Positions 39,425 through 51,840 of a stretch of DNA of 64,000 nucleotides are shown piece by piece (the first letter of the stretch is position 1; each line of letters starts with the position of its first letter). The notes under the pieces are model-generated. The model worked only from the letters and a program-made list of their open reading frames with translations, was not told the DNA's origin and searched no databases. The translations under genes and the position numbers were made by a program. Source of the stretch: Lingula anatina (taxonomy: Eukaryota; Animalia; Brachiopoda); contig CM120642.1 of assembly GCA_051362555.1 (NCBI GenBank), positions 31,806,001-31,870,000 of the forward strand. Reading direction: 5' to 3'.

Positions 39425-39999
39425 CTACTTGTATACAATAATATTAAAAGTGCTGAAATTCATAAATATATGCCATTTAAACCATCTTTCATTATGTACG
39501 AAAAATGTCATATGATACAATAATTTCACACAAAAATGGCAATTTCCGTGATTATAATGAAAACATTGGAGCAACATATGACATTGAAAAATTGTCAACC
39601 TTTTAAAATATCTATGCAATGCCAGTCGCGAAATTAAGTTATTTTTAGATAGCTTGTTTTTAATAATAATAGCACACAACATATAAGGGTATAGACAAAC
39701 TACCATAATAAATGTTGTGATCTCTATACTATTGAGAGAGTCAATAGTTACCACGTGTGGGGCACGCTCGATCACCTCCCGGCCCTTGCCGTTCTTTGCT
39801 TCTGCCTTGTCAGTTACTGTTGTAGTGATCAAACCTGATAATTCAGATTCTGTCTTGCCTGCCTCAGTAATCAAACCCAATACTTGACATTTTGGTTGTC
39901 TTTGGAATAATTGCCAGATTTTAACCACGGTCTTTACAGCGGTATGCCGAACGGAGGAATTCCTCACACAAATGCCCAATTCGGCGCTGAAATAATACC
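39425..39999 (-). other. Duplicated TNFR terminal exon (stalk + TM + tail): orphan or alternative last exon
   Basis: Paralogue of 52211-51841. Intact acceptor TTTACAG|GG TAT TAT TTC and an open frame (575 nt). No cysteine-rich-domain exon in its own duplication unit. Confidence 0.8.
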
Positions 40000-41860
40000 C
40001 TGTAAATGTGGTAATACGAATTTAATTTCCTGTCTGCTTTATCACTGGCATCTGTAATATTTTATTTTTTTACCGCCGCATTTGAAAGTTATAGTACTTT
40101 TAAAAGTCCTTTGTTATTAATGCGGTGGGCCGTTTTGAATTGCATATCAGTAGCTTCTCCCTGCCATGCCCTGCTACTCGAGTTATTAGGCCTACGTCAG
40201 GCAAACCATGTATTTTCCCAAGAGAATTTTTCAGAACAGTCGACTTATTTTATATAGGATATGCTTTTGTTTGTAAAGTCATCCTACAATTTGAATTTTC
40301 CACCCATTAAATAGAAATGAAAAGCATTTTTGTCATTTACGACATTTTTTTGCAGTAACGCTATTAAAATTTCATTAAGTCTATCATAATATTGCCATAA
40401 TAGGGCATGTGTCCTGTCAAAACATGAACGTTGCCAAAATAAATACTTCTCAAAAATGTATTCTAACGATGACTACCAAATATAAGATATCGTTCACATT
40501 TTTTTACCAAAGGGGACACCAAAATAATCATTTAGAATTTAAAACACAAGCTTGAGAAGAAATTTTGATGCATTTTTTTTCAGAGTGGAAACGGACCGCG
40601 TATTTGGCGAGGGTGACATTCAATTTTATTATTTATAACCCGCGTTTATTTTGGCATGACACATGGGCCGATAATAAGGTGACAATTGGAACAGCTTCGC
40701 AGGTCTAAATCAATATGGAATAATGTAGATTATGAATTTATCCGTCACTGAATATGCTCATTTTGTGTTTATTTATGTCGTCATCCCATTATGAATGCAG
40801 CTGAGTACTCCGCATTGCCCAATTATACCATCCACGTATTGTTGGGCAGTGATGCAACGAAGCGTTAATCAGGCGTAGTTAAGACGATCATGTTTTGTCT
40901 TGGTGCAACGGGAGTAAGCAAGGAGAGTGAACCTGGCGCACGTACGCCGCGCGTTGCGGTTGACGACAGTAAATTTACGGCCTGTTGGTGCAACTCGGCC
41001 CTTTTATACTATTTATACTATTTATTTTGTTGGTGCAACTGGGCCCTTTTATACTATTTATTCGAATTTAGAGCGCCCAGTCAAATCTCAGAAATCTGAT
41101 GGTCCACAGATGTAAAACAATGTCCATAAAATCAAAAAGACGCAACCAAATCTCACCAAATTTACTCACAATGTAGCATCAGCATGTGCTCGTTAAGTGC
41201 CGCGTGTGTTTCTACCGCGTACTTCAACAAGGGCAAAGATTTCCTTTTGTAGAAAGTTCCCCATTCGTCCAGAAAAACTTGGTGATATTGTTCCAGATTA
41301 TTAGGGGGTTCAATCTTCTCTGTTGCTACCACAAATTTATGACTCAATAGGGTATGCATTAGGGCTCAAAGAAGGATGTTCGATCCTCTGATTCCATTGC
41401 GTTTCTGCAACAAATCATTCACCAGACGAGAATTGTGAGCAAGTGCGTCGTCACGATGAAACCTCTAGTTATCTTTAAGTCACATCTTCCAAATGGAGTG
41501 AGATTTCTGTTTAAATGAAACAACATGTTATTAGTTGTCAATTTTAAGATGAGCGTCACTCTCTTTGACCAAAAAATGAATACAATGAGTCCTTTGTAGG
41601 CGTTGCGCATTTTTAAATTCTGAGGTTTTAGCAAGAGCGATGCAGAGGTAATTAAAAGGGGTTGGATAAGTGACGGGATAAGTGAAGATCTCCATATACA
41701 GCAGATCACAGCACCCTGAACACCATTGTCATATCTGTATGTCCATTACTACTGAAGTCAACACCATGTGGATAGCGTATTAAAGTATACATGGAACTGC
41801 AAGTGTCTCTTTTCCTCTTGGGCCTTACGTCTTTAAATTCTATTTTTTGTCTTAGTTGCT

Positions 41861-43150
41861 TTTTTCCAATGAAACATATGCCATGCTGTTATTTAATTTG
41901 ACGTGTAGTTCTCGTACAGATTTAGCAGTGACGGTATTTATAGAGTCATCAGCATGCATACATATCAATTTCTCCATTATCAATATGAAGTGGCATGTCA
42001 TTAATGAAAATGATAAAAAAATTTCGATTTCCGTTTAAATGATTTTGTAAAGGGCAATTTGACTGCCTATGGCCTTGATTTCCACATTGCCAACAACGTA
42101 CCTGCTGTGACCTACAAGGTTGGAAAGGATTCTGTCGACTTTGGATATTTAATCGACCCTCAAGCACACTCGTTCTTTCTTTTAAGGAATTCACTGCTTC
42201 CAACAATATGTCAATCTTACCTTGGGACTCGGAAGAAGATTGCTGTACCTTACATGTTATAGGAACTCTTCCTTTCTCTTCCAACATAATTGTTCGCGCT
42301 TCCACCAAAAGCTCATCAAAAGTTGCCCCGCTGTCATATCTGTGTCTCAACAATTGTCTTACTGTAGAAGAATAAAGACTATTGTAGAATTTCAATCTCA
42401 ACATAGACTAAGTACCATCTTCGAAAACAGCAGGAGTTTTTTTTAGAGTCTACAAGCCCAAGCTGCTACACTTTAAGCTTTTGTCTGATAAGAAGCGTAA
42501 AACTGTTGTAAAATAACCCCTGAAGACAGAACATCACCATAGACATGATCAAATGTCGTCAAAATTTGATTAATATCAACTATCTCTCCAAGATTATATA
42601 GCGTTTCTGCTGCTGGACCCTTCACTGAACGTCTAATGGCATGTAGTAATACCGAATCTGAGTACAGTTAAATATTAAAAATAACAAGTATAGTAGGGCA
42701 TTATTATTGTTCAGATGCTCAGCGCACAAACTTGGTTTCGAGACTGGTAGGTGGTATACTATCCCCAGAGATGAAAGAATATGTCTTTAAGCGAAACTTT
42801 GCCTTTCTTAGCTCTTTCTGATACCCTCCTTACATCTATTTTCTATTGCAATTTAAAATATTAATTGCCTCAACAGCAGCATAAAGCACTCACCGTATAT
42901 CAGGTCTGAGTATATTCTTGACTACGGACATCTCAGATACCATATGATATGACATAGATTTTCGTTCGTCAACCCTTCAGGCACATTTGAAATAACCACA
43001 CTTCTTGCACGAATAATAGACGACGCCATCATAAATTTCAAACAATTATCCAATCTCATCCAACGACTTACTGTCACACTCAACGTGCCACTTTCAAAAA
43101 TAAGACCTTCAAAATAAACAACAAATGCAAAAAATATTTTATTTATTTGC
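41861..43150 (-). mobile_element. Degenerate Ty3/Gypsy-type gag (PNMA-like capsid + CCHC zinc knuckle)
   Basis: Minus strand: YSDSVLLHAIRRSVKGPAAETL (~42660-42600), ...FDHVYGDV...QQFYASYQ, MLRLKFYNSL...TFDELLVEAR, and knuckle CWQCGNQGHRQSNC. Contains stops and frameshifts; no pol. Confidence 0.8.
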
Positions 43151-43221
43151 AAAAATGCAAAAATAAAATGTCATCATTTTTTTTCACTTTCACACACACA
43201 TATACAAAGCACATACATATT

Positions 43222-43259
<38 letters not shown>

Positions 43260-43393
43260 AAAAAAACAATACAGACATGTAAGCAGGTGTGCACTTCCCA
43301 ACTTTTTATATCAAGACCCTAATATCCCAGGCCCAGTAGGAAACCCAAATTACTTATGCACCTACCTCTTGTTATGGGCATTGAGTAGGACTT

Positions 43394-43493
43394 ACCCAGC
43401 AGACAAACGACATTGATTCACCGTTGAATCAACGTTAATTTTGGTGGATCAACGTTGAATCAACGTAGAATCAATGTCGTTTGCCTGCTGGGT
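43394..43493. mobile_element. 100-bp palindromic MITE
   Basis: 26-bp TIR ACCCAGCAG(A/G)CAAACGACATTGATTC with one mismatch, and internal CGTTGAATCAACGT repeats. Confidence 0.85.
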
Positions 43494-43754
43494 TAACTGT
43501 AAATTATACTGGCTTGGTTGCTTCAAAAAATCCGAAGTGCAGAAATCAATCTGTGCTTGCAGTTACTATCTCTGAAAATATAAACAACAACTATTAAAAT
43601 AAAGTACACAACTATATACAGGAAGCACACAAAATTGAAATAATTCTAATTACTGGAACTATCATTTAGGTGTTGTCATCTTTACCTTGGAGAGAATTTA
43701 CTGCCTGGCACTCTGTTGGCCGTTGTGGACGCGCTAACCGAAAGCTTTCATCAT

Positions 43755-44590
43755 TGTAATAACCGGTCGGTCGGTTATTCAGGTTCTTAGATTACTTTTT
43801 TTTCACCAGGCAGGTATAGTTTTCTGCTACATGATTTATTCAATCGATTGTACAACTCGGGTCTCTCCTATATGTCTCTATACATCTCGATCTATCTCTC
43901 CCCCTCTGTGGCGCAGTCGCTACTTTTATACTCTATCTTAATTTACATTTTAAATTAACTTACATAACTGACATGCAACATGCCATGCCTATATACATTA
44001 AAAGTTAATTGTAGATACCTTTAAATTATATCTTGATTTACATTTTAAATGAACTTCTCTTAAACTGCCACATGTCATGCCTATATACATTTGAATAATT
44101 AAAACTTAAATATGCATATCTCAGTATGCAAATCTAGAAGACTATCAGTACTATTAATGGTTTACTACACATATCTCCCTTTTTTACAAAAAAAAAAAAA
44201 ATTGAGGAACTTAATTTTTTTAAACCTATTTCACTGACACCTATCTATATACTGTAATTGATAGAATGTTAAGCTATAATACAAGGTACACATTCTAGTA
44301 AAATTTAACCAAGATTTAACAGTTTTGACAATAATAAAACACTTTTAGCTTCACATAAACCTTAAAGGAACTTAAACCAGGGCTTAACAGTTTCAAAGAA
44401 TGAAACAAATTTAGTTTCACATAAACATTAAAGGACTTTTTAATGTACTTTAGCTTTGCGTAGACATCCACACCTATTTAAAAATAAAAAAATACTAGAC
44501 TGCCTTACACCTTTTACTTAATCATTATATAGTACACGTTTAACAACATAAGAATTTATCCGTCACAAAGGGCATGCATTTAAAAAATCA
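43755..44590 (-). mobile_element. LTR retrotransposon 3' end: polypurine tract + 417-bp LTR (43755-44171)
   Basis: Minus strand: AAAAAAGGGAGATA directly followed by TGTGTAG (44171); internal TATAAAAG and AATAAA; ends ...CCGGTTATTACA (43755). TG...CA termini. No PBS follows, so this is a 3' LTR. Confidence 0.7.
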
Positions 44591-44599
44591 GATGCAAAT

Positions 44600-45767
44600 A
44601 AAGGAAAATGTGACGTATAATGTGCTTCACGTGCTGGATATCCCACATACCTCTTTAAATAGAAGATCCTTTCTTCAGGGGGTATACCTTTGCGTTCTAT
44701 AAGCATCGAAAGCATGGAAAGAGGACTTCCATTCTAAATACTGCAGTGGATCTCCAGTAAAAACGCTGGGTTCTGGAATCGGTAATTTGTTGAGGTTCAT
44801 GGAATCAGTCAGAGCTTTAACTAAAGTGCTCATATCTTGTAGCGTTGACGTAGGTGTAGCGGCGCTTGCATTCTGTGTGGTGTTAACGTGACTCCCACCA
44901 TCGCTAGGCTCGGCCTGATCTCGACTCTCAGTTGTAGCGAATCACCGGTAGAGCGTTTGGCACTGGACACGTTTTCTTTCTTCTAAATATTCTGCCATTC
45001 TTTTTGTCACTTTCTGTTTTCGTTGACACCGTCTTACGATTTCCTCTGTCTCACTGTCTGCACTGTCTGTACTCTCGTGTACGTCCATGAACACTACTTG
45101 CCCGTTGAATAAGTACGGGAAGGGAGATAGCACCGTTGATCCCCACGGGAAGAGAGACTGCACCGTTGATCCCCTTGGGGAAGAGAGACTGCACCGGAGA
45201 CAAGTTTTACTGTAGCTGCACTCAGTCAAGTCTCACATACTGACTGAATTGGTTTATTCTGTTTATTCCAAATTCAAACGCAAAACTGAAAGAAAATAAA
45301 TAAAACAAAATAAATAACAGTAACAAAGTGTGACGTAAAATTTAAATGCAGAAAGACTGAACCAAATTAAAATACAAAAAAAAACTAAAATTATACTTAA
45401 ATTACACGAAGTACTCACGATAGACAACGATAGAAAAACAATAGAAAAAGGACAGACAGAAACGTTGCAAAGATCTCAAGCCGGAGAAGTTTACGTTTGC
45501 GTTAAAATAGTTTACCTTGTCCCCGACTAATTGTGCTAATACTGTTATAAAAGGATAGACAGAAACATTGTAAAGACCCAAAGCCGTTAGTGTTGAAATA
45601 ATTTACCTTGTCCCCCGACTAAGTGAGCTAATACACTGTGTCGTTAGATGTTTCCCTGTGTCGTTCCGTGTACGAAAGTGAAGTGAACACAAAGAAATAG
45701 AGAGAAAGCCTTATATATACTGGGAATGAGAACTGTTCAGTGCAGGGTGTGGTACAGGTATGTAACA
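44600..45767 (-). mobile_element. BEL/Pao retrotransposon 5' remnant (LTR ~45211-45767 + gag fragment)
   Basis: Minus-strand peptide LNKLPIPEPSVFTGDPLQYLEWKSSF...IERKGIPPEERIFYLKRYVG is typical of BEL/Pao gag (DUF1759-like). LTR-like segment TGTTAC...TATATATAAG...AATAAA...CTACA is followed by GTAAAAC. 30-bp tandem repeats at 45117-45196. Confidence 0.75.
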
Positions 45768-45806
45768 GTGCGGTTAGGTAAGTGCAGTGGCCTGTAACGT
45801 TATAAT

Positions 45807-45845
<39 letters not shown>

Positions 45846-48800
45846 AAAGGAGGGCAAAAGAGAAAGAACGGAAAATGCACTTCGCGTGAATAATTACTCA
45901 ACAAAGGACTAACTCAAAAAGAAAATAAATAACAAAAAATATCGCAGGCAATTACAAGGCCATCGCATAAGATGAATTTTCCATCCATTAAATAGACATA
46001 AAAGCAGTTTTATCATTTACGACATATTTTTAGCAGTGACGCTGTTAAGATATAACTAGGTCTATCATATTGTTGCCAAGGACATGTGCCCTGTCAAAAA
46101 ATGAACTTTGCCAAAATAAATGCGTCTCAGAAATGTATTCTAACGGTAACTACCAAATATAAGATATCGTTCACATTTTTTTTTACCAAAGAGAACATAG
46201 CTGCATTTTCCAACCGGTTGCAAAATGCGTGGCTACAAAGTGCGGCTCTGCAAGCGGCTTTTCCAAATACTGTTAGTGAGATTTTTAAATAGGCCCATTT
46301 CCGTATTTTTCATAATTGAATTCAACATACAATTGTCAATTGTTAGTTGATTGGCCATTGCATGATAACGCCAGTTATTCATAATCATTTAAAGACTATA
46401 TTTGCATTGAACATTTGATCACTTGACAAAATGAGGGTCTCAGTTGTTTTAAGACATAAAATTCTTGATATTTCGGGGGACTTAGAAGAAAACGCCCATA
46501 TCTTAAGAGTCATTTTTACATTGTTCATTGTCTTTGACATGGAACCTTTGGTCTAAAAACAACGTCATCTTTTTAATGAGTGCACAATAAATGGCCATTC
46601 ATGCTTGATACATAGTTTAAAATCATCATTATTACTGGTACTTCCAAACCTTTTTCAAAAACTCGCGTGCTGTTTACGCATGATTGGTAAAAAAATACAT
46701 TACAAAAATGTCATGGAAGACAATACCCGTTATCAGGATTTACTATCTGTTATGGAGGTGATTATCAAGTGATGTCGTGCCATGTCCAATTTTCTTTAGC
46801 TTTAACGAGTCACCTTCGTAGAAAATTGTCACAAAGGTGAGTCGATAGTACCATACACGAGCGGACTGATAACGCGAACATAATAATTACGACATGGATT
46901 ACCGTCCATTAGCCTTTTTAAACCCTGCATGCAGGTCTGAATTTCGATAGTTACCGTCGGTGAAGGCTAACATCTGTTTATCCTTATGGTTTTCAACATG
47001 CAGTACTTAAAAAAACAATGGTTTAAGAGTCCAACTTTCGGTTTGAAGAACTGAATAGCCCGAAACTCTTCTTTTTGTCCGTTAGTCGAGACAGGCCGTC
47101 TGAACATAAAGGAAAGATGGTGAGAGAACTGGAACAAAAATACCCAATATTTTGCAGGTCGGAAAAAAAAGAAAAATACAGACAGGACAATTGTTGATTT
47201 TACTGTTGTTGTTCTTGTTTCTGTTTTAACATTAAAATGTGCCATTAGCCGTAGATGTTTAAATATATCATCAACTCAAGCATGTATCAAAAGTGCACCT
47301 TAAGATACGCAACACAAAACACACCCTTCTGAAAAAGACCTCCAACAGTGCGAAACAGCAATTGCACTAAACATCGAGAAGACAACACAGACATGAATGA
47401 TGTGACCGTTTCTTCAGCTCTCATTCTGTTCTAGAGTTCTAGAGGACGCTGGAATGTTTGAATGTTTTTAAATCTTATCGTAAAAACAACATTACCTTGT
47501 ACAAAATTATATATGCTACATTTGATACAATGAATATGGACCACAGCCTACTACGGTGATACTGAAAACTGCAGAAAATGCGCCAGACAAACATAAATAA
47601 TGAATACAACCTTATGGGTAGGAAAACATCAAATCTAACGCCGTTTCCCCTTCTTTTCTTCTGTTCCGATTCTCCTGTACATTCTTATTTAGCGCTCATG
47701 TACATATATAAATATACTGTATTGTTATACTTGTAAAAGTCCTACGCTACATGTTTTTTAATACGGTGGGCGTTTTGAATTGCATATCAGTAGATTCTCC
47801 ATATACCCTGCGGCTTGAGTCATTACGTCAGGCAAAACATACATTTTCCCAAGAGCAATTTTCAGAACAGTCGACTAAATAGGATAATTTTAAACGCCGG
47901 GCGTTGCGGTTTACGACAGTCCATGGTCCAAAGAGGTAAAACAATGTCCATAAAATTAAAAAGACGCAACCAAATCTCACCAAATTTACCCACAATTAGC
48001 ATCAACATGTGCTCGTTAAGTGCCGCGTGTCAAATAGCGTGCGTTTCTACCGTGTACTTCAACAAGGGCAAGAATTTCCTTTTGTAGAAAGTTCCCCATT
48101 CATCCAGAAAAACTTGGTGAAATTGTTCCAGATTATTAGGGGGGTTCAATCTTCTCTGTTGCTACCACAAACTTATGACTCAATAGGGTATGCATCAGGG
48201 CTCAAAGAAGGATGTTCGATCCTCAGATTCCATTGCGTTTCTGCAACAAATCATTCACCAGACGAGAATTGTGAGCAAGTGCGTCGTCACGATGAAACCT
48301 CTAGTTATCTTTAAGTCACCCCTTCCTAATGGAGTGAGATTTCCGTTTAAATGAAATAAGTAATTAGTTGTCAATTTCAAGATGAGCGTCGTTCTCTGTG
48401 ACCAAAAATGAATAAAATGGGTCGTTGGCGTTTAAATAAGAGCGATGCAGAGGTAATTAAAAGGGGTTGGATAAGTGATGGGATAAGTGAATTTCTCCAT
48501 ATACAGCAGATCACAGCACCCTGAACACCATTGTCATATCTGTATGTGCATTACTACTGAAGTCAACACCATGTGGATAACGCATTAAAGTAAACATGAA
48601 ACTGCAAATGTCTCTTTTCCTCTTGGGCCTCTGGTCCTCATTTTTTTTTTTTTTATCTTAGTTGCATTTTCAAAAGTCATTCATGGTTGGCATTAACAAA
48701 ATGAAAAAATTATGCAATTAATACAAGTCACATGCAGGACGCATATAATCATATCTCTTCTTTTCCTAGATATATCAAAGCACAACAATTGTTTCTGAAT

Positions 48801-48966
48801 GGATTCCCGCCCAATCATTAGAAAAAATGTGCCATCGAGTCACGCAACCTGCTCTGTTATAAAAGACTTACATGTGCCACTGCCTCACTATCCACTCCAG
48901 CCTTTGTTTGGCATACGTCCCAGATCCACTCCAGTGAGAGAGAAAGTCGCGCTGTCAACTTTGACC

Positions 48967-49242
48967 ATGAAGGCCGTATTTTTGTTAGCTCTTCTTGCCG
49001 TCTGCGTTGCCATGACCATGGGCATGGGATACGGCAGACGCTACGGCTCTGGAAGGTACGGTTATGGTGGCTACAGTGGTGGATACGGCGGATATCGTGG
49101 TGGTTACAGAGGTGGATACGGCGGTAGATATGGTGGATATGGTGGATACAGCAGAGGATATGGTGGATACAGCAGAGGATATGGTGGATACGGCGGTAGA
49201 TATGGTGGATACGGTAAAGGATATGGTGGATACCGTGGATAG
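48967..49242 (+). CDS. Secreted Gly/Tyr/Arg-rich small protein 3 (91 aa)
   Basis: Same signal peptide and repeats; ends GYGGYRG*. 3'UTR intron 49282-50228. AATAAA at 50381. Confidence 0.92.
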   Translation: MKAVFLLALLAVCVAMTMGMGYGRRYGSGRYGYGGYSGGYGGYRGGYRGGYGGRYGGYGGYSRGYGGYSRGYGGYGGRYGGYGKGYGGYRG

Positions 49243-51097
49243 ATATTCCACCGGCTATAAACATTTTTACAACGGAGAAAGGTAAGTTGTTTTATGGCAG
49301 TGCTTTGATTTTTCACTTTTGCAAGAATGAAAATCTATAATTAGTCCGGGAAAAATAGTGTCAATTATTTAAAAGATTTTTCAACAAAAGGAGGTTCAGT
49401 ATTTGATCCGGAAAGTAAATGTTTTGAATGCAAATGACAGGATAATTTTTGTAATCCTGCTTTGATCCCTCCTGTTGGTCGGTGAATAGAGCACTTGCTC
49501 AGCTGATATTTTTACAAGGATCAGGGGGCTACCGGGGATTTGGGGGGGGGGGGGGGGGCATGAAGTCTGCACTTCCTGAGATAAGAATTAAGCCGTCCAT
49601 TTAAATCATTCTGCACAAAGCTTAAAAAGCATTATTGGTGCAAACAGTCCACAAAACGGATGTGCATATATTTTTTTATATTTTTGATCAATGCCCACAG
49701 TCAACTTTTTATTTATCGTTCGTTCAAAATAATGTATGGAACCTAACTTAATTTATTTATTATTGATTAATTCATTTTTCATCAATGTATTAATTTATCA
49801 TTGATTTATTTCACTTGCATTACTTAATACTATTTTAAAATATTTATATTTGATTTCCAGTCTATTTATCTATTCTCTTTTATTTATCATTCATATCCAC
49901 AATGTACCTGCTTTTCTTTTCTATTTACTTGTTCATTATTTTTTCGTTCCTTATGTTGTATGAAAGGCGGAAACACAATACTTAATAATCATCAACAGAT
50001 CGTGCGTTGTCAGTGAAAATTCATTTTATGATTACAGAGGAGAGTAGGAATTACAAATAACAAAAATGTTTTTGTAGGGGCGTTATATTGGTTCGTGTAG
50101 TCAGAATATGCCACGGACAACTATTTACAATTATTCATGAATCGTTTTTTATGTATCTTCAATATCTCCCCAAGATGTTTTGATTTCATTATTATTTTAC
50201 AATTTTCGTGTACTCTTTTTTATTTTAGCCATATTGACATGCGCCACAAAATCCATTGGTCCTTAGAAACGACTCTGCGCACCGTGACCAGGTTGTGCAG
50301 AAAACCCAATCCATCTACGCTCATGTTAACAGCTGACAGATTTGTCTAGAGAATTTGCTGTAGCTTAACTTATTTTCGACAATAAATGCAAGTTTTGTGG
50401 CTTTAAACTGACTCGTCGTTTTTTCTTTATCTCCTTTCTCGTCACGGTATAGATTATATATATAGGCCTATATATATAAAACAGTTAGGAAGGGAAAGGG
50501 TGGGACAACGGAAAGCACATTTTGTTCAGCAGTAAGTAAAAACATCCATGTATTGCTAATAAAAAAAATAATCAAATTGAAAGCATATCACATATTATAA
50601 AACAACAACAACCCTCGCGGATTTCTCTTTTTTAAGATAACATTACACCTGGTACTTAAAAAGTATTACTGTAAAGCGGTGCAATCCGTCTATTTGCAAC
50701 TACTGCGAACCAATGTTGACGACGATGTATAGACGTTTATTTGGATAAATTTCAATGACATTTTCCTAGAAAATCGGAAAATCGTGGTTGTTGGATCTCA
50801 GTAACAATAATATCTGTGCTGTCATCATCATCAGAGGTTCTCTTCTGTTCAGAGACCGGGGCGAACGTGGAAGATGCCTGTCACTTCTTCTAAGAAGGCT
50901 ACTAAGTTCAGTTTTTTTATATATTCAAAAAATTAATATTTGTATACAAGAATATAAAAAGTGCTGTAATTAATAAATATAAGTCATTAAAACCATCTTT
51001 CATTATCTACGAGACACTTTATGTAGAATGTCATATGATACAATAATTCCACACAAAAATGACAATTTCCCTTATTTTAATGGAAACATTGGAGCAA

Positions 51098-51803
51098 TTA
51101 CTTGGAGTGTATATCTCTAATGACCTCACATGGAAGGTACATGTAGACAAAATCACTAAAAAAGCAATCAAAAGGATTTATTTCCTTAAGCACCTTAAGC
51201 GTGCAGGCCTTACAACTGATGACCTTGTAACTTATTACCAGACGGTCATAAGGCCAGTTTTGGAATATGCTGCCCCTGTCTGGCACTTTGGGTTAACAAA
51301 TGAATTGACTGCCTTAGTAGAAAAGTCTCAAGAAAGAGCTCTTAAGATAATTTATCCTGAACTTGAATATGACGCTGCTTGTGAACATAGTAAACTTGAA
51401 CTACTGGGTGAAAGACGGATCAATGCATGCAAAAAATTGTTTATTAGTATATCAAATGAACCGGATCATAGACTGCATTATCTTTTGCAACCCAAACAAA
51501 ATGCCAAATATTCACTGAGGGAACAGGAAACTTTTAGAAGACCTAAAATTAAAACCAAACGATCAATGAGTGACTTTTTAACAAGTGCCATATACAAGTT
51601 TCAGAATTATCTGATAGACTTTTATTTCTTTGTTTAACCTTGCAATTTAGACATTTTGTTTTAAATTTGCTTACATATGTCTTTTAATATTCTTTTGTTC
51701 TTACTTACTAATGGTTTTATCCGACTGTGATACAATTATTGTAATTATCCAACCCTCGGGTTGCAAGTTTGGAAATAATAATTATAATAAATAATATAAA
51801 TAA
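51098..51803 (+). mobile_element. 5'-truncated non-LTR retrotransposon (CR1/L2/Rex1-Babar group)
   Basis: Post-RT peptide LLGVYISNDLTW...KKAIKRIYFLKHLKRAG...VIRPVLEYAAPVWH. 3' stem-loop CAACCC-TC-GGGTTG and (TAA)-rich tail. The empty site GGAGCAA|CATATGAC is visible in the paralogous unit at ~39570. Confidence 0.92.
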
Positions 51804-51840
51804 CATACGACATTGAAAAATTGTCAACCTCTTAAAATAT

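Noticed and set aside
40720-40980. Possible degenerate TNFR CRD exon upstream of the orphan last exon
   Set aside because: Homology with the TNFR intron ends just before the donor position, and I found no CRD cysteine pattern in the minus-strand frames I read.
45117-45196. 30-bp direct repeats as a CRISPR-like array
   Set aside because: Head-to-tail with no unique spacers, inside a BEL/Pao leader in animal DNA.
36207-48314. Recurrent short ORFs (MFCLGATGVSKE..., MVKLFQIIRGVQ...) in the duplicated units
   Set aside because: They recur only because the DNA is duplicated. Frames break between copies and there are no splice or domain signals.
48799-48966. N-terminal extensions of the GY ORFs in the ORF track (also 32873)
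   Set aside because: They start upstream of or just after the TATA box and are not conserved as ORFs across copies. The real start is ACCATGAAG.
32984-49316. Overlapping ORFs on the GY genes (MVATVVDT..., STISSAV..., YPPYP..., IHHI...)
   Set aside because: Shadow frames of a stop-poor 21-nt repeat. Only the GY frame has a Kozak ATG, a signal peptide and a TATA box.
51059-51097. ATG-led 192-aa ORF as a host-LINE fusion gene
   Set aside because: Chance in-frame ATG in flanking DNA ahead of a truncated LINE; no promoter evidence.
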